This document shows, piece after piece, positions 61,101 to 64,000 of a DNA stretch of 64,000 bases (positions within the stretch are counted from its first letter, which is position 1; the number at the start of each line of letters is the position of its first letter). The DNA lies in the NCBI GenBank assembly GCA_016867715.1, contig VGIW01000001.1, forward strand, positions 14,141-78,140, written 5' to 3'. Below the pieces are notes generated by a model that worked only from the letters and a program-made list of their open reading frames with translations, made no database searches and was not told where the DNA came from. Both the position numbers and the translations under genes were made by a program. Origin of the DNA: Candidatus Eiseniibacteriota bacterium. GTDB taxonomy: Bacteria > Orphanbacterota > Orphanbacteria > Orphanbacterales > Orphanbacteraceae.

Positions 61101-62909
61101 TTGGAACGCGCGGATCGGGAAAGAGACGAGGCGTCGGTCAGGCGTTCGCTCCGGGCGCTCGTCGCGCTTCGGCTCGTCGTGGTATCGGCCATCCTCGGGC
61201 TCGGGATCTTCTTCCTTCGCGGAGACGGGGGTCTCGAGAGGTGGAACAGGCCCTTCTTCGCCATGCTGGGGATCACGGTCCTTCTCTCCGCCGTCTACTG
61301 GGCGGGCGTGAAGAGGGGGAGAAACTTCCGGTTTCAGGCGGTTCTCCAGCTCCTCGTAGACATCGGGCTCGCGACCGGAATCATCCACTACACGGGGGAT
61401 TTCGCCTCCCCCTTTGCACTCCTTTATATCTTGATCATCTCGGCCGGCTCCCGTTTTCTCCTTCTCCGGGGAACAATCCTGATCGCGCTCCTCTGCGCGG
61501 CGGTTCACGGGGCGCATCTTTCTCTCCACCTCGTCTTCGGCGGGGAGAGGATCGTGGAGCTCGCCGGGCTCTTCCCGCCGGCCGCGTCGGCGGAGGAGGG
61601 AAGCCGCCTTTTCGCGCTCCAGATCGGTCTCTACACGATCACGTTCTTTCTCCTCGCTGTCGTATCGGGATATCTCTCTGTGCGCGTTTATCGCGGGGGC
61701 GAAGCGCTCGCCGCCGTGCGAACACGCCTCCGCCGCGCCTGCCTCAACACCGACCAGATCGTGGGGAGCCTCTCGAGCGGCCTTCTCACGGTGGACGAGG
61801 CGGGGAGGATCGTGCACTTCAATCGGACGGCCGAGAAGATCACAGGTCTCGAGGCACGCACCGTGCTCGGGAGGCCTTTCGAGGAGGATCTGGAGAAGGC
61901 GTCGCCGCCCCTCGTCACGCTCCTCAGGGGGATTCTCTCCGGTTGGGGCGACGTGCTGCGGCAGGAAACGACGCTCGTCTCCGCATCCGGGGAGATGGTG
62001 CCGATCGGCATGAGCGCGTCGCCGCTTCGCGACGAGACGGGAAACGTGGCGGGGGTCGTCTGCATCTTTCAGGATCTCACGGACGTGCGAAGGATGGAGG
62101 AGCATGTGCGTCACGTCGATCGTCTGGCGGCGATCGGGGAGTTGTCGGCGGGAATCGCGCACGAGATCCGGAATCCGTTGGCGACGATCAGCGGGTCCGT
62201 TCAGGTCCTTCAAGCGGAGCTTTCGGTCGGCGGAGAGAATGCCAGGCTTCTCGAGATCGTGGTGCGCGAGTCGGACCGCCTGCATCGGATCGTCGAGGAC
62301 TTCCTCTCCTTTGCGCGTACGGGCCCGACGGAGCGCCGTCCGGTCGATATCACCGCGCTCCTCGAGGAGATTCGGGACCTCGCCGCGGCTCACCCGAAGC
62401 GGGGATCCGGTGTCACGATCCGCTTCGATCCGCCTGGGGAGCGCTTCACGGTGCGCGGGGACGCCGAACAGCTCCGCCGCGTTCTTCTCAACCTCGTCAC
62501 GAACGCTCTCGAGGCGATGGGGGAGAGGGGAACGCTCGCGGTGCGAACTCAAGCGGTTCGCGCGTTCCAGGCATCTCCGGAAAACGATCCGGTATCCGCC
62601 GTGGCCCTCTCGGTTTCGGACACGGGGCCCGGAATTGGGGCGCGAGCGCGGGCCGATCTCTTTCGCCCCTTCTTCACGACGAAGAAGGGAGGCGTCGGGC
62701 TTGGGCTACCGCTCGCGCAGAAGATCGTGGTGAGCCACCAGGGGAAGATTGACGTAAGAAGCGATCACGAGGGAACCACCTTCACGGTTCTTCTCCCGAG
62801 AGAGGAAACCGCAGTTCGTTCCGGCGCTCGTCCGGCGGCGGAAAGCCCGTGCGGCGCTTCCGCGCGGACGATCGGAACGGGAAAGAAGAACGAGGAATCG
62901 CCGTCATGA
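61101..62909 (+). CDS. pilS: Sensor histidine kinase, PilS-like
   Basis: Multi-TM N-terminal domain, PAS-like segment, HisKA H-box and HATPase_c N/G boxes. Confidence 0.8.
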   Translation: MERADRERDEASVRRSLRALVALRLVVVSAILGLGIFFLRGDGGLERWNRPFFAMLGITVLLSAVYWAGVKRGRNFRFQAVLQLLVDIGLATGIIHYTGDFASPFALLYILIISAGSRFLLLRGTILIALLCAAVHGAHLSLHLVFGGERIVELAGLFPPAASAEEGSRLFALQIGLYTITFFLLAVVSGYLSVRVYRGGEALAAVRTRLRRACLNTDQIVGSLSSGLLTVDEAGRIVHFNRTAEKITGLEARTVLGRPFEEDLEKASPPLVTLLRGILSGWGDVLRQETTLVSASGEMVPIGMSASPLRDETGNVAGVVCIFQDLTDVRRMEEHVRHVDRLAAIGELSAGIAHEIRNPLATISGSVQVLQAELSVGGENARLLEIVVRESDRLHRIVEDFLSFARTGPTERRPVDITALLEEIRDLAAAHPKRGSGVTIRFDPPGERFTVRGDAEQLRRVLLNLVTNALEAMGERGTLAVRTQAVRAFQASPENDPVSAVALSVSDTGPGIGARARADLFRPFFTTKKGGVGLGLPLAQKIVVSHQGKIDVRSDHEGTTFTVLLPREETAVRSGARPAAESPCGASARTIGTGKKNEESPS

Positions 62910-64000
62910 CGTCCTCCCGTATCCTAATCGTGGACGACGAAGAGAGCATGTGCCAGTTCCTCTCCATCATGCTTCGCAAGGAGGGGCACGAGGTTCGAAC
63001 GGCCGGGTCGGGGAAGGAAGCGCTCAAGGCGGTCGCTGAGGAGCCGTTCGACATCGTGATCACCGACATCCGCATGTCCGGCGTCGACGGGCTCGACGTG
63101 CTTTCGGGCGTGAAGGAGATCGATTCTTCGCTCCCCGTGATCATCCTCACGGCGTACGCGTCCCAGGAGACCGCGATCGAGGCGGTGAACCGCGGCGCGT
63201 TCTATTACCTGACGAAACAGGCCAAGAACGAGGAGATCAAGCTCGTCATCCGGAAGGCGCTCGAGCACAGGAAGCTCCGCGTGGAGAACCGCCTTTTGAA
63301 GAGGGAGCTGCGACTTCATCACGATACCCGGAAGGTTGTCGGCCGAAGCCCGAAGATGGAGGAAGTCTACCGTCTCGTGCAGCGGGTCGCGGCGTGCGAT
63401 TCGACCGTGCTGATCTATGGCGAGAGCGGGACGGGGAAAGAGGTGATCGCTCGCGAGATCCACTTCGCGTCGGCGCGCGCGGATGGCCCGTTCGTTTCGA
63501 TCAATTGCGGCGCGCTTCCGGAGAGCCTTCTGGAGAGCGAGCTCTTCGGACACGTGAAGGGATCGTTCACCGGGGCGGTGCGCGACAAGGAGGGGCTTTT
63601 CGCCGTGGCGAACGGAGGGACCTTCCTTCTCGACGAGGTCGGAGAAACGACCCCGGTGATTCAGGTGAAGCTCCTCCGCGTCCTTCAGGAACGCGAGATC
63701 ATCCCGGTCGGCGGCACCCGGCCGATCAGCGTGAACGTCCGCCTCATCGCGGCGACGAACGCGGATCTCGAGGAAAAGATTCATGAGGGAACCTTCCGGG
63801 CGGATCTCTTCTATCGTCTGAACGTCATCCCGATGCACGTCCCGCCCCTCCGCGAGAGGAAAGAGGACATTCCGATTCTCGTCGATCACTTTCTGAAGCG
63901 CTTCGATGCGGAGGGAAGGAAGCGGATCACGCCCGAAGCGATGGAGATCCTGCTTCATTACGGGTGGCCGGGGAACGTGCGGGAGCTCGAGAACATCATG
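62906..64000 (+). CDS. pilR: Sigma-54-dependent response regulator, PilR/NtrC family (3'-truncated at window edge)
   Basis: The ATG overlaps the pilS stop (ATGA). Receiver domain ([15 protein letters not shown]...DIVITDIRM). AAA+ sigma54 activator ([13 protein letters not shown]...ESELFGH...GTFLLDEV). The + frame stays open to position 64000, so this CDS is missing from the six-frame ORF list. Confidence 0.88.
   Translation, partial: MTSSRILIVDDEESMCQFLSIMLRKEGHEVRTAGSGKEALKAVAEEPFDIVITDIRMSGVDGLDVLSGVKEIDSSLPVIILTAYASQETAIEAVNRGAFYYLTKQAKNEEIKLVIRKALEHRKLRVENRLLKRELRLHHDTRKVVGRSPKMEEVYRLVQRVAACDSTVLIYGESGTGKEVIAREIHFASARADGPFVSINCGALPESLLESELFGHVKGSFTGAVRDKEGLFAVANGGTFLLDEVGETTPVIQVKLLRVLQEREIIPVGGTRPISVNVRLIAATNADLEEKIHEGTFRADLFYRLNVIPMHVPPLRERKEDIPILVDHFLKRFDAEGRKRITPEAMEILLHYGWPGNVRELENIM

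Noticed and set aside
58145-61276. 1043-aa minus-strand ORF
   Set aside because: It is antisense to pilT and pilC, whose sense frames carry unambiguous Walker and GspF motifs.

Overview
This is a high-GC (roughly 68-70%) bacterial chromosomal segment. The ORF track is full of long spurious antisense ORFs rich in Arg, Pro and Gly. I can support about 47 real CDS, and all but one are on the + strand. Evidence is sequence reading only: recognised family motifs, ORF boundaries and start/stop overlaps.

Genes from 5' to 3':
- 3' end of nadA, an FmdB-type zinc-ribbon gene, and tandem radical-SAM methylthiotransferases (mtaB-like, then miaB).
- An 0.8-kb gap carrying two consensus-like sigma70 promoters and a small Cys-rich ORF.
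- A complete 14-subunit NADH:quinone oxidoreductase operon, nuoA-B-CD(fused)-E-F-G-H-I-J-K-L-M-N (4811-18189), ending in a hairpin terminator.
- A convergent PolX gene on the minus strand, divergent from a stand-alone PHP phosphoesterase.
- Two tandem FemAB/GNAT-like acyltransferases, a small outer-membrane beta-barrel gene and accA.
- An outer-membrane/secretion island (25287-41403). It holds a PorU-like C25 peptidase with an intact His/Cys dyad and a type IX secretion system (T9SS) C-terminal-domain (CTD) motif, NYPNPFDP. A PorV/PorQ-family barrel follows, then a 1053-aa M6 (InhA-like, HEFGH) metalloprotease with its own CTD (CYPNPV), two DUF5683-like paralogs and an NHL-repeat beta-propeller. 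The island ends with a 1137-aa predicted outer-membrane protein translationally coupled to a 577-aa TamA-like Omp85.
- A GNAT gene, ligA, hutH-hutU-hutI, a TPR protein, a second PHP protein, a TonB-dependent-receptor-like protein, cvpA and manB-manC.
- A pilus/competence block: comEA, pilB, pilT, pilC, pilS, and a sigma54-type pilR truncated at the window end.

A ~117-122 bp GC-rich structured repeat occurs at two distant intergenic loci (about 800-960 and 41404-41560). I found no tRNA, rRNA, CRISPR array or transposase.

The T9SS CTD motifs and the PorU-PorV pair suggest a lineage related to the Fibrobacteres-Chlorobi-Bacteroidetes (FCB) superphylum. The most interesting loci are the porU-porV-cargo cluster and the coupled large OMP/TamA-like pair.
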